Shown in pieces: positions 12,973 through 24,805 of a stretch of DNA of 47,843 nt (position 1 is its first letter; every line of letters begins with the position of its first letter). The stretch comes from Chiloscyllium plagiosum (Eukaryota), in the NCBI RefSeq assembly GCF_004010195.1, contig NC_057719.1:22407174-22455016 (forward strand), written 5' to 3'. Under the pieces are notes generated by a model. That model saw nothing but the letters and a program-made list of their open reading frames with translations. It did not search any database and had not been told where the DNA came from. Both the position numbers and the translations under genes were made by a program.

Positions 12973-13929
12973 TTGAAGATTTTATCAGAATAGGAGAGTA
13001 TTCTGGGCCCTGTCATCTTAAGACTTCTACCCTCTATTGTCCCTAATTTTTTTTCTTCTTTTAAAAGTACAACAGATTAGCGAAAGTTTAGTTTCAACAC
13101 AGCATTGATGTAAAAATACAAAACTAACCACAGGATAATGTAGGCAGACACTCACATAAAGATAATAATGAGCAGCAGAAGCCAGGAATCACTCTTGCCT
13201 GCCTTGTTTACTTTCTGAGATGTCCCCCCAGATTTGCTAATCACACTTTTTTGCCATGTCCGTGTCACCTGAGGGATGTCTGTAGATATTGTGATTTGCT
13301 TCAACCCTATGTAATCCTGACCCGAACATTATTGTCTGTCATGTATTCCAACATCCTGTGGAGGTACAGCTCCAATGTAACATTCTGAGAGGACAAAGTT
13401 GTCCAAAGTTATAAAATAAAATCCCCCCTTCATGCTTAAAATTACTTTGTAATCACTAGTGTTGGTAGGAACAAGCTGGAGGATGGAATCATTTACTATC
13501 AATTTACTGCAGGTTCTTTGTAAATGTTTTAAAGTATGAATAATATTTAGCCTGTGTTCCACTAAATTGTAGCTGTGAATTGTTTAGAAAAGTAAATTCA
13601 CAGAAATTCAGATTTGCAATGAAAAAATGACAAAGCAAACATAAGGATCTGAGCTAGACATAAGGATATGAGCTAGTGTTATGATTGTTCTGACAGAGTG
13701 AGGATAATTATGATACCATTTTTTGAGTTGCTGACATGTCTGATGTGCATCATCATTTTTAAGAAAGTTCTAGCCTAACAAATAGAGAATGTGCATATGC
13801 CTGTCCGATTCTGTTTGTCCGCATATTTTTATGAAGCACAATAAAATATTATTTCACTGAGGATGGCACAGTCCAGAACTATAAAATTTTTTGACAATTG
13901 CACTGTATGCCATTCCACGTATGCATTGT

Positions 13930-14163
13930 TGGACTATTGAAGCGGCCCATGGCGTGCAGCAAGACATGGACAACACCCAGGCGTGTGCTCATTTGTTTGC
14001 ATTCAGTAATCAAAGGTGGATATCACTGGCGAGGTCCTCACTTTCTAAAAAAAATTGATCTGTTCAGAGATGTTCCTGATACTCCGCTGGTACAGGCAGG
14101 TCTTGAAGCTTGAAGACCTTTGGGTTCAGAGGTGCAGATGCTACCACTGTACCACAAGAGCCC
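13930..14163 (-). mobile_element. Degenerate tRNA-derived SINE
   Basis: Minus strand GGGCTCTTGTGGTACAGTGGTAGCATC...GAACCC head; TGTTCAGAGATGTT shared with 100-191. Confidence 0.5.
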
Positions 14164-14519
14164 CAGAAAGAGTGGGCTATGAACAGAAAGAAAGAAGAAC
14201 TGTGCTTTGGCCATGAATCCAACACACATTGCCTTAATTGCCCAGAGGGCAGTTAAGAGTCAGCCATATTACTATTGGTATGAAACATTTGGAGACACTT
14301 ATCTAGATGAATATCACTCAAAACAGTTGACATCATCAGGACAAAACAGCCCACTCGACCAACAATGTCCAAGACCTTAAACGTTCACTCTTTGCATTAC
14401 TGCTATAATATGGCAGCACTGTACAACAGCAACACAATGCACTTCTTCAACTTGCAATAACTTCTCTCAATGATCTTCCCATTGGAAGTAGGTGCATGGA
14501 AACACTACCAGCTGCAAGA

Positions 14520-14750
14520 TAGAAACATTGAAAATAGGAATAAGAATAGGCCATTTAGCCTTTGAGTCTGATACACAATTCAATATGATCCTGTCTAATC
14601 ATTCAATTGAGTACCTTGTTCCTTCTTTCACATCATACCCTTTGTTCCCGTTGGTCCTAAAAACTATATCAATTGCTTTCAATGTTTTGCCAACAACTGC
14701 TTTCTGTTGCAGAGAATTCCACCGACACACCACTCTCTGGGTGAAAGGCA
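14520..14750 (-). mobile_element. CR1 3'-end fragment
   Basis: ATAGGCCATTTAGCC ... CAGAGAATTCCAC...CACCACTCTCTGGGTGAA, the reverse complement of the CR1 end seen elsewhere in the window. Confidence 0.7.
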
Positions 14751-16912
14751 TCCTTTTCCCAATCACATGTCCTTCTGACTGAGCAACACCTCACTGTTCT
14801 TTTGTCAGCACTGGGCTAAAATTCTGGAACTCCTTGAGCAGCACCATGGGAGTACATTCTGTTTGTCCTTCAGTGTGAAGATGATCATGTTCTTTGTCTG
14901 GGGTATTTGGTAGGATTGAGGTGGGTGAGTAACTGACAGTTATGGTTGTGCTTGAGAAGTTCTGCTGCCTGTAGGATTGGATACCACAGGTGATTGTGTT
15001 TAGGGCAAGTTCTTTTGCTCGGAATTTCATCTGCGTGCATTTTCTCTCTGCTTGTAATGCGTCATCACCGCACGGATTGCACCAGTTGGAGGAGATGGTT
15101 CATCACTTTTTTTTTATGGACACTTGGATGTGGAAAGTAAATAGTGGTTTTTCCTGTGATATCCACATCTAGTGAAGGAATGCATTTTGGAAATATTGGT
15201 AGATTTCTAACTCCATATTCAGTCAAAACCACCCCACTTGTTGGAGAATTGGTTTATAATACTTGAACAGGAGGCGTCCTAACCTTTACTGATGGTCTAT
15301 CTTTTCAGTTGCATTAGTCTGCCAGGCTGTCTAGTTAATTATCCACAGTGCCCCAGTTTCAGATCATTACAGTGAAATAGCTCCCTTTTTTTTCCCTGAA
15401 ACTTTGAAGTGTGTGAAACTTGAGATTCAAAATGTTTATATATCATCACAAATCTCCTGTTAAGATGCTTATGGTATCCTTGGTACAGTAGTTCATTTTA
15501 TAAGGAAAGCATATTATACCAGATAGAATTCATCTGATGCATTATCTTCCTCAAGTGTGCATCCCTTTAATTAAATATTTGGCAATTTTATACAAAGGTT
15601 AATTAAAATGTTGAAGTTATGGTGTGATCAGTTGAAGAACTTGTCTGTGTACATCAAATAAGTATCTTTTGTTCCTTTATGCTGCTTTTTAAGTACAACA
15701 CAAATATTTTCATTACATGGAGTGCAGTGCATGAAGTGTGATGGTTAGGAAGTTTTTTATAATATCGAAGATATGTATTAGTAAATTGCCTATGGCATTA
15801 CTCACTACGATTCAGAGATAATGCTGCAGCAAAGAGATGTTAATGCAAACCTGTCCTGATCAGACTCTAGATGATTTTGACAGATAAGGACTGGAAAACC
15901 ACACTAGTGCAGACAGGTAGACATTTATTAACTAATGACTCGAGTGACAGAAACTTTCTTTAGCAGGACATCATCGGACTTTTGCATCACAGTTTCAAGG
16001 GATACGGCACCATCTGAAGGCACTAATGCTGCACTCTAGCTGTTAGTCATTAACCCATTATGCTGCAGTCAGCTGTGGCAGCCATCAATAATATAGCAAA
16101 CAAGAGTTTTTTTTTTCTCTGGTGGAGATTAGATGAACCTCAGTGACATAAATATATTTATGGGATTGATCATTATTCAGATGGGGAAACTGGCGCTGTG
16201 TGAGAAATGCTAAAGAAAATGTCACGGACATGTATTTTGATGTGAGGAGTAATGCTTGTCATGTACAATTGCTTTCTGAGCTTTGCTGCAAAGATTTCCC
16301 AATTTTTCTATTGTGGCACCCTCTATGGAGGCTTTGTGGTATCAGTGAGCAGGTCAGGTAATAGGGAGGATTGAAGAATCAATCTGATTGAAGTATCCTC
16401 AGGATCAAGCAAACTGCAAAGTAGGAAGACTTTTTAAAAAAAATATAGGCAAACATAAGATACTTTTGTATGGGAAGTAAAATTAAGACAAAAACCTGGG
16501 ATTACATGAGTGGCATAAAAGAGAAAAGTAGAAAATTTAAACAAATATAATTTGTATTTTTAATCAAATGTCTGCAAAATCAGTTTTCTTCGGGAATGTG
16601 TCACGCATAAAATTAATTTTTCAGGGACAGAGAGCATTTTCAGCAATAACCACCAAACGTTCATAACATTTTATAATCATCTCAGCAAAGACTTTAACAG
16701 TACACACCGCAGAGAGTTCACTGACAGTGTCATATCACTGACAGCAACTTTTGGATACAGGGTCATTATCCAAATTCTGGCTATCCAGAAGGCAGCCATG
16801 TTTCTCTCATGAAATTTGAGTACTGGAATAGCGTATATACAGAGCTGAAGGGGCCATTCTTGACTTTGACTCCTGAGGACAGGATCAGCTAAACACATAC
16901 ACACACACTACT

Positions 16913-17202
16913 AACAGTGTGGAAACAGGCCCTTCAGCTCAACAAGTCCACACCAACCCACCAAAGCACAACCCACCCATTCCCCTACATTTACCCCTTT
17001 ACCTAACACTACGGGCAATTTAGCATGGCCAATTCACCTAACCTGCACATCTTTGGACTGTGGGGGGAAATCAGACCACCCGGAGGAAACCCACGCAGAT
17101 ACAGGGAGAATGTGCAAGCTCCACACAGTCAGTCGCCTGAGTCGGGAATTGAACCCAGGTCTCTGGTGCTGTGAGGCAGCAGTGCTAACCACCGTGCCAC
17201 CC
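16913..17202 (-). mobile_element. HE1-like SINE
   Basis: Near full-length match to 8156-8440. Confidence 0.9.
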
Positions 17203-17244
17203 CAATCTGTGAGATTGCAACACTTCCGGATCTGCCGCCCCATT

Positions 17245-17465
17245 AGAGTCATAGAGATGTACAGCACAGAAACAGACCCTTCAGTCTGACTTGTCCATGC
17301 TGACCAGATATCCTAACCTAATCTAGTCCCATTTTCCTGCACTTGGCCCATTTCCCACTAAACCCTTCCTATTCACTTACACATCCAGATGCCTTTTAAA
17401 TGTTGTAATTTTACCAGCCTCACCACTTACTTTCTTTGAAAGCTCATTCCATAACCCACTCTACT
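17245..17465 (-). mobile_element. CR1/HER1 3'-end fragment
   Basis: AGAGTCATAGAGATGTACAGCACAGAAACAGACCCTTC... tail related to the HE1 SINE tail. Confidence 0.8.
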
Positions 17466-17799
17466 CACTTTTGTAGATTTATAGCAAGGCCCCATTTAAA
17501 AACTATGCACTTATTTGTTCCTGTGCTCTTAGCTCTCCCACACAGGTTCCTCTAAGCTTCTCCAGAGACAAACTTGTCTGTTCCACTGGGTAAACTTGTC
17601 TTGGTCTCAAATGTGTCAGATATTGGAAATGCAACATTTACCGTTTTTTTTTATTCTAATTTTGTAAATGCAAAAAGTTGCTGTTAGCTCTGCTTTGTAA
17701 TAACACTGAACTTTGCCATAATTATTATTGAGTATCGAGGCACTACTTATGGTCAACCAGCTGTATTGTACAGTCATGTTGCTGGCATATTTAACTCAA

Positions 17800-18205
17800 G
17801 ACTTCAAAAACAAGACCTCTACTCTGGGCATTGTCATGGTAAGCAGTTGTCAGGATGGCAGATGAACCACTTTGAGGATGTCATCAAAGCATCCTTCGAA
17901 TGTAACATCCTCACTGGCTCATGGGACTCTGTAGCCCAAGGCTGCCTGAACTGAAGAAGAAACATCTGGCAAAGTGGCAGCCATTTTGAATTTCTCCAAC
18001 AGGCAGAGATGGAGTCCCAACACCATCAGCACTATGAGCTTGTGAAAACCTGAGCATTGTACCCAGCTGCTTCAGCAAATACCACATTCCCCACCAATGG
18101 CACGGTTTGTGGAACTAGCATTGGGTTATTTAGTTACCTCAGGACACACAAGACTGGAGTGCAAGAAAGTCATCCTCAATCCCAAGGGACTGTCTAAGAT
18201 GAAGC
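17800..18205 (+). mobile_element. RTE-clade LINE 3' fragment
   Basis: KQDLYS..CHGKQLSGWQMNHFEDVIKASFECNI.TGSWDSVAQ resembles the RTE post-RT region (LLY.EL..GKR..GGQ.KRFKD.LK...W...A.DR..WR). Confidence 0.7.
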
Positions 18206-18291
18206 AAAACACAAACCATATGATTGCTACAGGAAACATAATTGTATCAACTAATAGATATATATCTAGAATCAATACAGATTTACTTAAG

Positions 18292-18476
18292 GGAGAAAGT
18301 GAGGTCTGCAGATGCTGGAGATCAGAGCTGGAAATGTGTTGCTGGAAAAGCGCAGCAGGTCAGGCAGCATCCAGGGAACAGGAGAATCAATGTTTCGGGC
18401 ATAAGCCCTTCTTCAGCCCTCCTGTTCCCTGGATGCTGCCTGACCTGCTGCGCTTTTCCAGCAACACATTTCCAGC
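18292..18476 (-). mobile_element. Fold-back PLE mini-insertion with 15-bp target-site duplication
   Basis: ACAGATTTACTTAAG at 18277-18291 and 18477-18491. Perfect 58-bp inverted arms 18327-18384 / 18419-18476. The loop holds a minus-strand CTGAAGA-AGGGC-TTAT-GCCC-GAAAC motif. Confidence 0.92.
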
Positions 18477-19494
18477 ACAGATTTACTTAAGCCCACAGAA
18501 AAATTAAGCAAGACTCATAGCTGATCAGAAAATTGAAAATCCGATGTCTATCATAATTGACAGTGAAGAGCAATATTTAAGTATTCTTTAGCTTAATAGG
18601 AAGGTCTGTTTTTGAGCTCTAACACTATCCAGACTACTGTAGTAATCTCGTTGCTGGCCTTGTATGAACGTCTGCAAATTGTAATAAGGTGTTGATTTAC
18701 TAAATGATCCCTTTGTTTCATTTGTTGAACACTTTTTGAACTTCAAAGCTCATCCTTTTGTATCTACAGAGTGGCTCTAAATTCAGTCATGAAACCTCCT
18801 TATGGTGCTCAAGATCAAGGCTAAGTAGAATGGACCAAGTTGAACTCAGCACAATACGACACTGATTAGAAAGTAAACATAACATTCCACTGTGCAACAT
18901 TCTCTATCCATCTGCGCTGTATCACATGAATTACATATGGTTTAATGATTTGCAGGGACCACAAGACAATTTCTGAGTTCCCATTTATCTTAATCAATTT
19001 AATCTTCACTGATTCATGTGATTAATTGTGGTTGGTTAAAATTGTATTGCAAGTTATATATTACAAGTTAGGGCGTGTGCGAAATCATGTTCCCATGAGT
19101 GATGAGTTTTGCAAAAAAAAAAGCTAAGTTTGTTTTAACTTGAAATAAGAACCAGTTTAACTCAATCATTTTCAGAGAATATTCATCTCCTCTTATCCCC
19201 CCTAATCTGTCATTGATATTTTTGTGTTTTCTGAATGTAAAATGAAATGGAATACACTATGTTTTGAAGAGATAAAATGATCCATTCACAGGTACAAAGA
19301 GGAAGTATATCATATCGTACCTGATAACAGCTTTGAATAAATACTGTGGGTTCCTATTAAAGGATGGATAAAGGCTTCTCTGGTGATATGGTACAAATTT
19401 GGCAAAGCGAGATATTCCCCCAGAACCAGCAGCAGCCACATCTTGTTAGTACATTATTGCTGCTTTCAGCTCCATTCATGCCTCTATTTTCAGA

Positions 19495-20457
19495 ACCCCA
19501 CCCCTCCCAAAGCAACAAGGACAGAACCCCCTCGGTCCTCACCTTCCACCCCACCAACCTCCGCATCCAATACATCATTCTCTGCCATGTGCACCACATC
19601 CAAATGGACCCCACCACCAAATATATATATATTTCCACCCCACCCCTATCAGCGTTCCAAAAATACCATTCCCTCTGCAACTCCCTCGTCAGGTCCACAC
19701 ACAACATTTCCACCCCCCCCAACCCCCCACCCATCACAACCAGCCCACATCCCACTCCCGGCACCTTTCCTTGCCACCACAGGAAGTGCAGAACCTGCAC
19801 CCACACCACTCCCCTCACCTCCTTCCAAGATCCCAAGGTATCCTTTCACATCCATCAGAAATTCACCTGCACCTCTACCAATGTACTGCACCCATTGCAC
19901 CCGGTGTGGTCTCCTCTACATCGGGGAGACAGGACAACTTCTTGCGGATCATTTCAGAAAGCATCTCTGGGACACTTGCACCCACCAACCCCACCGCCCC
20001 GTGGCTGAACACTTCAACTCCCCCTCCCACTCCGTCAAGGACATGCAGGTCTTGGGCCTCCTCCATCGCCAAACCATTATCACCCGATGCCTGGAGAAGG
20101 AACGCCTCAATTTTTCGCCTTGGTACCCTGCAACCACACAGGATAAATGTGGACTTCAGCAGCTTCCTCATTTCCCCTCCCACCAACATTATCCCAGTTC
20201 CGGACCCATCCATCACTCCACCCCCGACGTATCTCCTTCCTCACCTTCATCCACCTAGCGCTTTCCCAGCTACCTGCCCCCAAACTCCACCACCCTCCCA
20301 TTTATCTCTCAGGCCTGACCCACAAGCCTCATTCCTGATGAAGGGCTTATGCCCGAAACGTTGATTCTCTTGCTCCTCGAATGCTGCCTGACCTGCTGTG
20401 CTTTTCCAGCATACACTTTCGACTCTGAGCTCCAGCAATTGCAGACATCCCTTTCTC
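19495..20457 (+). mobile_element. 5'-truncated Penelope-like retroelement (Neptune-like) with GIY-YIG endonuclease remnant and HHR-bearing 3' end
   Basis: Frameshifted peptide across three ORFs: GTFPCHHRKCRTC...FTCTSTNV / YCTHCTRCGLLYIGETG..LADHFRKHL...PVAEHFNSPSH...MQVLGL / IFRLGTLQPHRINVDF. This is a Cys-rich linker plus GIY-YIG domain, followed by CTGATGA..GAAAC at 20335-20362. Confidence 0.92.
20331..20366 (+). ncRNA. Minimal type I hammerhead ribozyme motif (PLE)
   Basis: CTGATGA-A-GGGC-TTAT-GCCC-GAAAC-GTT; predicted cleavage after 20362; stem I weak. Confidence 0.75.
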
Positions 20458-20829
20458 ACAGTTCCTCAGATTGCTTTCCAACTGGCCTCCCACCTTGCCT
20501 GACCTCTCCATAATTTTACAGTCGGACGGATAATGTTGAGGCCTGTTTCAATTAATACACTTAAGTGACCAATTAAGTATCTGATTAGTGACTATGACTA
20601 TTTAAAGTATGTTTACTATCCACCTCAATCTTCAAGGTGATGGGAGGAATTCAGGGGTGGGGATAGCCTAGAAAGTGACCCTACTCAGCCATTAAGGCAG
20701 GAAAGAGGTACACCTTCACCAGCAAACTCCTTTCAAAATCAGGTCAGTGTTGTGCTTACCACTAACATTTTCAGTGGTGAGAGGGGAAACCTGATCATCC
20801 TGAAAATCCTGGCCTTGGATTTTTATATA

Positions 20830-21200
20830 GAGCCTTTCACAGCATTCTATAGTTTCTCACAGCCATACACTTTTTGGATCTGTAGTTATTGTTGAGAAAT
20901 CTGGCAGTGAAGTTATGTACGGTCCATAAAAAGGAGATAAATTACCAGGGAATCTGTTTTCCTGATGTTCATTGAAGGATAAAGGTTAGCCTAGGCACTG
21001 GAAGCATGCCCTTGTTCTTTGCTTAGTGAAATGGGATATTTTAGGTTTTAACTAAGAGGACAGTTAAATGCCATGCATTTAGATCACATCCAAATTACAC
21101 ACCCTTAAAGGTACACTATTCCCTCAGCACTGCACTGAAGTGTGACCTGGTAAGATTGTAAAAGGGTATTCTTGCATCCACTTTGTGATTGGTGATAGCA
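20830..21200 (-). mobile_element. SacSINE1/Deu-domain SINE, degenerate
   Basis: CCCTCAGCACTGCACTGAAGTGT core in reverse orientation. Confidence 0.55.
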
Positions 21201-21294
21201 TGAAGGAGGGGTTTCAGATAGACCCATCAGCAAGTAAAACCTGAGGATTTTGACAATTCTGAATGTGTGAGAAAGACAAGAGTTTGAGGCAGCC

Positions 21295-21778
21295 CAGAGA
21301 GGTTTCACTCGGCTGATGCCAGGTATGGAGGGACTGTTTCATGAGGATGGGTTGAGTAGTTGGGCTGATACTCATTGGAATTTCAAGGAATGAGAGGTGG
21401 CATTGTTGAAACATATAAAATTCTCACAGGGCTTGACAGGATAGATGTAGAAAGATAGTTTCCTGTTGTGGGAGAGTCAAAAACAAGAGGCCATAAACTC
21501 AGAATAAGAGATCTCACATTTACGACAGAAATGAGGGAGAATTTCTTCACTCAGAAGGTAGTGAATTAATGGAATTCTGAGGGGGCTGTAGAGGTTGGGT
21601 CATTAAGTATACTCAAGACTGAGAAAGGCATATTTTTAAACAATAATGGAATCAAGGGTTATGGGGAAAAGGCAGGAAAGTGGAGTTCAGGATTGTCAGA
21701 TCAGCTATGATCTCATTGAATGGTGGAAAAGACTCAATGGACTGAAAGGCCCACTTCTGTTCCTGTATCTTATGGTTT
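21295..21778 (+). mobile_element. CR1/HER1-like 3' fragment
   Basis: CAGAGAGGTTTCACT (QRRFT-like), AATTTCTTCACTCAGAAGGTAGTGAAT..TGGAATTC, tail ...TTCTGTTCCTGTATCTTATGGT. Confidence 0.85.
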
Positions 21779-22559
21779 TCAAATGCATTTAAATCTCTGT
21801 TTTGGTCTTACCTGAATGTACAATATTTAGAGCTGATCTCATCTGAACTCACACTGTCAGGAATATGAATTAAAACATAAACCAAATGGGATATATTTAG
21901 ATTACCTAGAAACATATAAAACAACACACAGGACTAACTGGCCTTTTCTCTGTGAGGCCAGATTGTCGGAGTTAAAGCCTCTTCTCATGCTATCTGAAAA
22001 CTTCTAAAATTGAGTTTGAAATAAAGTCTATAATTATTTATGATTCACATGAACTGATCTCAGGAGTAAAATGCCAATGCAGCTTACTAAAATCTATGCT
22101 TGTCCATCTGTGCACAACAGAGGCAAGTTTAAAATAAACGTCCAAGATAACTTTTTTTTGTTTTCAATAATGTGCTTTAATAATGAACTCTGTGATACAC
22201 AATGTTTAATGCATGAAGTAACTAGTTACATCTGTTCATGTAGATAGTTGGCTAGACTATAAAATAAAGTCCAAGAAATGAGGGGGGAGGTAGGGGAACT
22301 GGCTTGACTTGTCTCTCTGTTGCTGTGTTAATTTTCCATGGAATGTTGGCTCAGAAAGTACATTTATTTTATTTGAGTCAAAACCCTATGGAAACTTCTC
22401 TGAGATGGCTGCAGAATGCAAACTAGAACCATTGATACAATCTTACCCAGAACATATTGCAGTAATGAGACACAGTGCCCAGCCATGACCTGATTATTGT
22501 TGGAAAATATAAAGCCACACCCTTTTTTTTGCAGACTAGCAATACTGTGTATGTATAAA

Positions 22560-23030
22560 ACATGTTAAGGCTATTCAGCCCCTTGAACTAACCAATTAAA
22601 GCATAGTTGATCCGGAATACAATTTAACTTGTCCACCTTGTTCCAAATCATCTATAGAACTCTTTTCTAAATGATCTATGACTCTGTGATGACTTATTGC
22701 ACTTCTCAAACATGAAACTATCAATTTCAGTCCTTAAAATTTAAATTAAATCAACGTCCACAACCTTTCGGAGAGTTAGCTCCAGATTTCTGCTCCCTGT
22801 AAATAAACTCCTGAATCCCGAACTCCTTATTTTAAGATTATGTCCCCTTAATATGGAGTCCTGTACTAGAGAAAATGCTTTCTATGTATCTACTCTATTG
22901 AATCCTTTTATCATTTTTAACATCTCAAATGGATGATTGATCAACCTTCCATGCTTCCAAGGGAATATACTTTGAGTTTATGTATTCTATCATCACAATT
23001 TAACACTCCACTGAGAAACCTTGAATCTTT
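22560..23030 (-). mobile_element. Old CR1 fragment
   Basis: GGCTATTCAGCCCCTTGA tail and TCCAGATTTC / TTTTAAGATTATGTCCCCT segments in reverse orientation. Confidence 0.55.
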
Positions 23031-23059
23031 GAAAATATGGTATAATGGAAACAATAAAA

Positions 23060-23420
23060 GAACATGCACTTATACACTGTCTTTCACTACCTTTAGGATG
23101 TGCCAACTGCTAAACAGATGATCAAATACTTTTTGAAAAATAGTCACTTGCAATACAGGAAGAGTAAAAAATTCTACATAGAACAATCTCACAAACAGTA
23201 AAGAATAAATGGTCACTTCAATAATCATATTGATGAAGTCTATAAGAAAGTTAGATATAGGCATGGACACCAGGAGAAATCCCCTACTCCTATATTTTAA
23301 ATTGACAGTGTACCCTGTGTCAATAGAGATTCATGCTGTACTCCATTGGAGTGTCAACTAAAGTTGTGTGTTGAAGTTGGGATTTAAGAAGACAACCTTC
23401 TAATTTGGAAATGAGCCAAG
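23060..23420 (-). mobile_element. SacSINE1/Deu-domain SINE, degenerate
   Basis: TACTTTTTGAA..TAGTCACTTG, GGACACCAGGAGAAATCCCCTACTC, TTGGAGTGTCA. Confidence 0.6.
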
Positions 23421-24610
23421 AATAGCTGTTTCTCTTTGTAATCGGAAATTCTTAATCAAATTATAACATCGTTAATAGCACACTTCACAGCTACGTGTTA
23501 CCGCAGTGTTGCTGGTAGATGATAACTATTTGGGACAATGGGCTTCTACCTGTTATTTAAGAAAATAATTTTGGTCCCGATTCAAGTTATAGATTAAACA
23601 CTATTTTGACACCTTATGTCAATCTGGTTATCTACAGTGTGAACTGAGTTTTCCAGTTACCTCACATAGGTGAATGCAATGATGGAACAAGTGGTAAAAC
23701 GGCGAAGTCGTCTTCTGCTATCTTCCTGCCTTGAACTGAAGTTTCTCTTTCTGGCCTTCACTGGAACTATTGCCAACTTCTCCTCACCATGGTATCCACA
23801 TGGCTGGAATGGCTCATTTAACAACATGGAACAAGTGAATCTTTCAAAGTTTGATTCTTGTCACCACTCACTCCCCACCATCCCTGTTACATAATTCCTA
23901 GGCTCCATTCTGCAGTTGTCTGGGATTGCGTAGTGAAAATCAGAAGTTCACTGTGCAGAAAATTTGTGTTCAGACTTGTGTTGGCAATCCCTGGAGGTGT
24001 CCTCACATGACTGCCTGTGTCTGTCCCAGCTCCAGACTTGTGCCATCAATTTTCCAACTTGTCCATATTGCGTCCTATGACAATCTGAACTTGAATACAC
24101 TCTTTGTAACCTGACTGGATAATTTTTCACTGTCAGTCGCAAAGCCTGCTTTTCTATGTTGATATTTTTATAACTAGAAAACAAAGCTGCTCGAAGAAAA
24201 AAACATTAAAGACAATATTTTCTCTGTCCCTCTGATTTTTCTTCTGAGTTGTTCGCAACAGTGTTCTCGAGGTTAGTGTTTGATTCCAGACACTCTTGGA
24301 GCATTGACAGCCTTAGCAGACTGCAACTTTTGATTGTTGTGGAGGAATATTGGACCATGTCCAATGCATAGCCTTTAAGTGAGGCAGTGCTTCCTTAGCT
24401 TCATCCCTGCGGCCTTACTCCTGAGTGAAGACCAAAAAGCCATCTTTAATATTTAAACAAAAGCAAACAAAAGCAGTGTGAGACTCAACAGAAAATGTAA
24501 ATCTCATGTCCATTCCTTACAGATTTGCTAAAATTATACAATCTATCCCTAAGGTTTTTGAACTGATCACTTAATCATGTCTAAGTTGCATTTTTAACTA
24601 TCTTGAGTAA

Positions 24611-24805
24611 TACAGCTCATTCTGCTGTAATGCACGTTTTGTTAGTGGATTGGGGACAATGTTTCCAAAGTGCAAACTTTTAAAATGTATGTTGACTGTA
24701 ACACAATTACTTTGCCAACATTTTAAGCACTGTTTCTAAAGTGTGATTTTTCTATAATATGGGGTTGCACAAGAACGCAACCATTGCGTTATAGAAGCAC
24801 TACCC
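24611..24805. mobile_element. Possible pogo/Tigger-type MITE remnant
   Basis: TA-CAGCTCATTCTGCTGTAATGCA at the left; imperfect inverted TGCGTTATAGAAGCACTACC at the right; right-hand TA not seen. Confidence 0.35.

Noticed and set aside
13639..13676. 19-bp tandem duplication ACATAAGGAT(C/A)TGAGCTAG
   Set aside because: Ordinary two-copy slippage; no spacers, not CRISPR-like.
18097..18507. 136-aa ORF
   Set aside because: Chance read-through across an RTE tail, unique DNA and a PLE fold-back.
19357..20364. Several long overlapping ORFs (159-291 aa) as novel genes
   Set aside because: Explained by a frameshifted, C-rich Penelope-like remnant.
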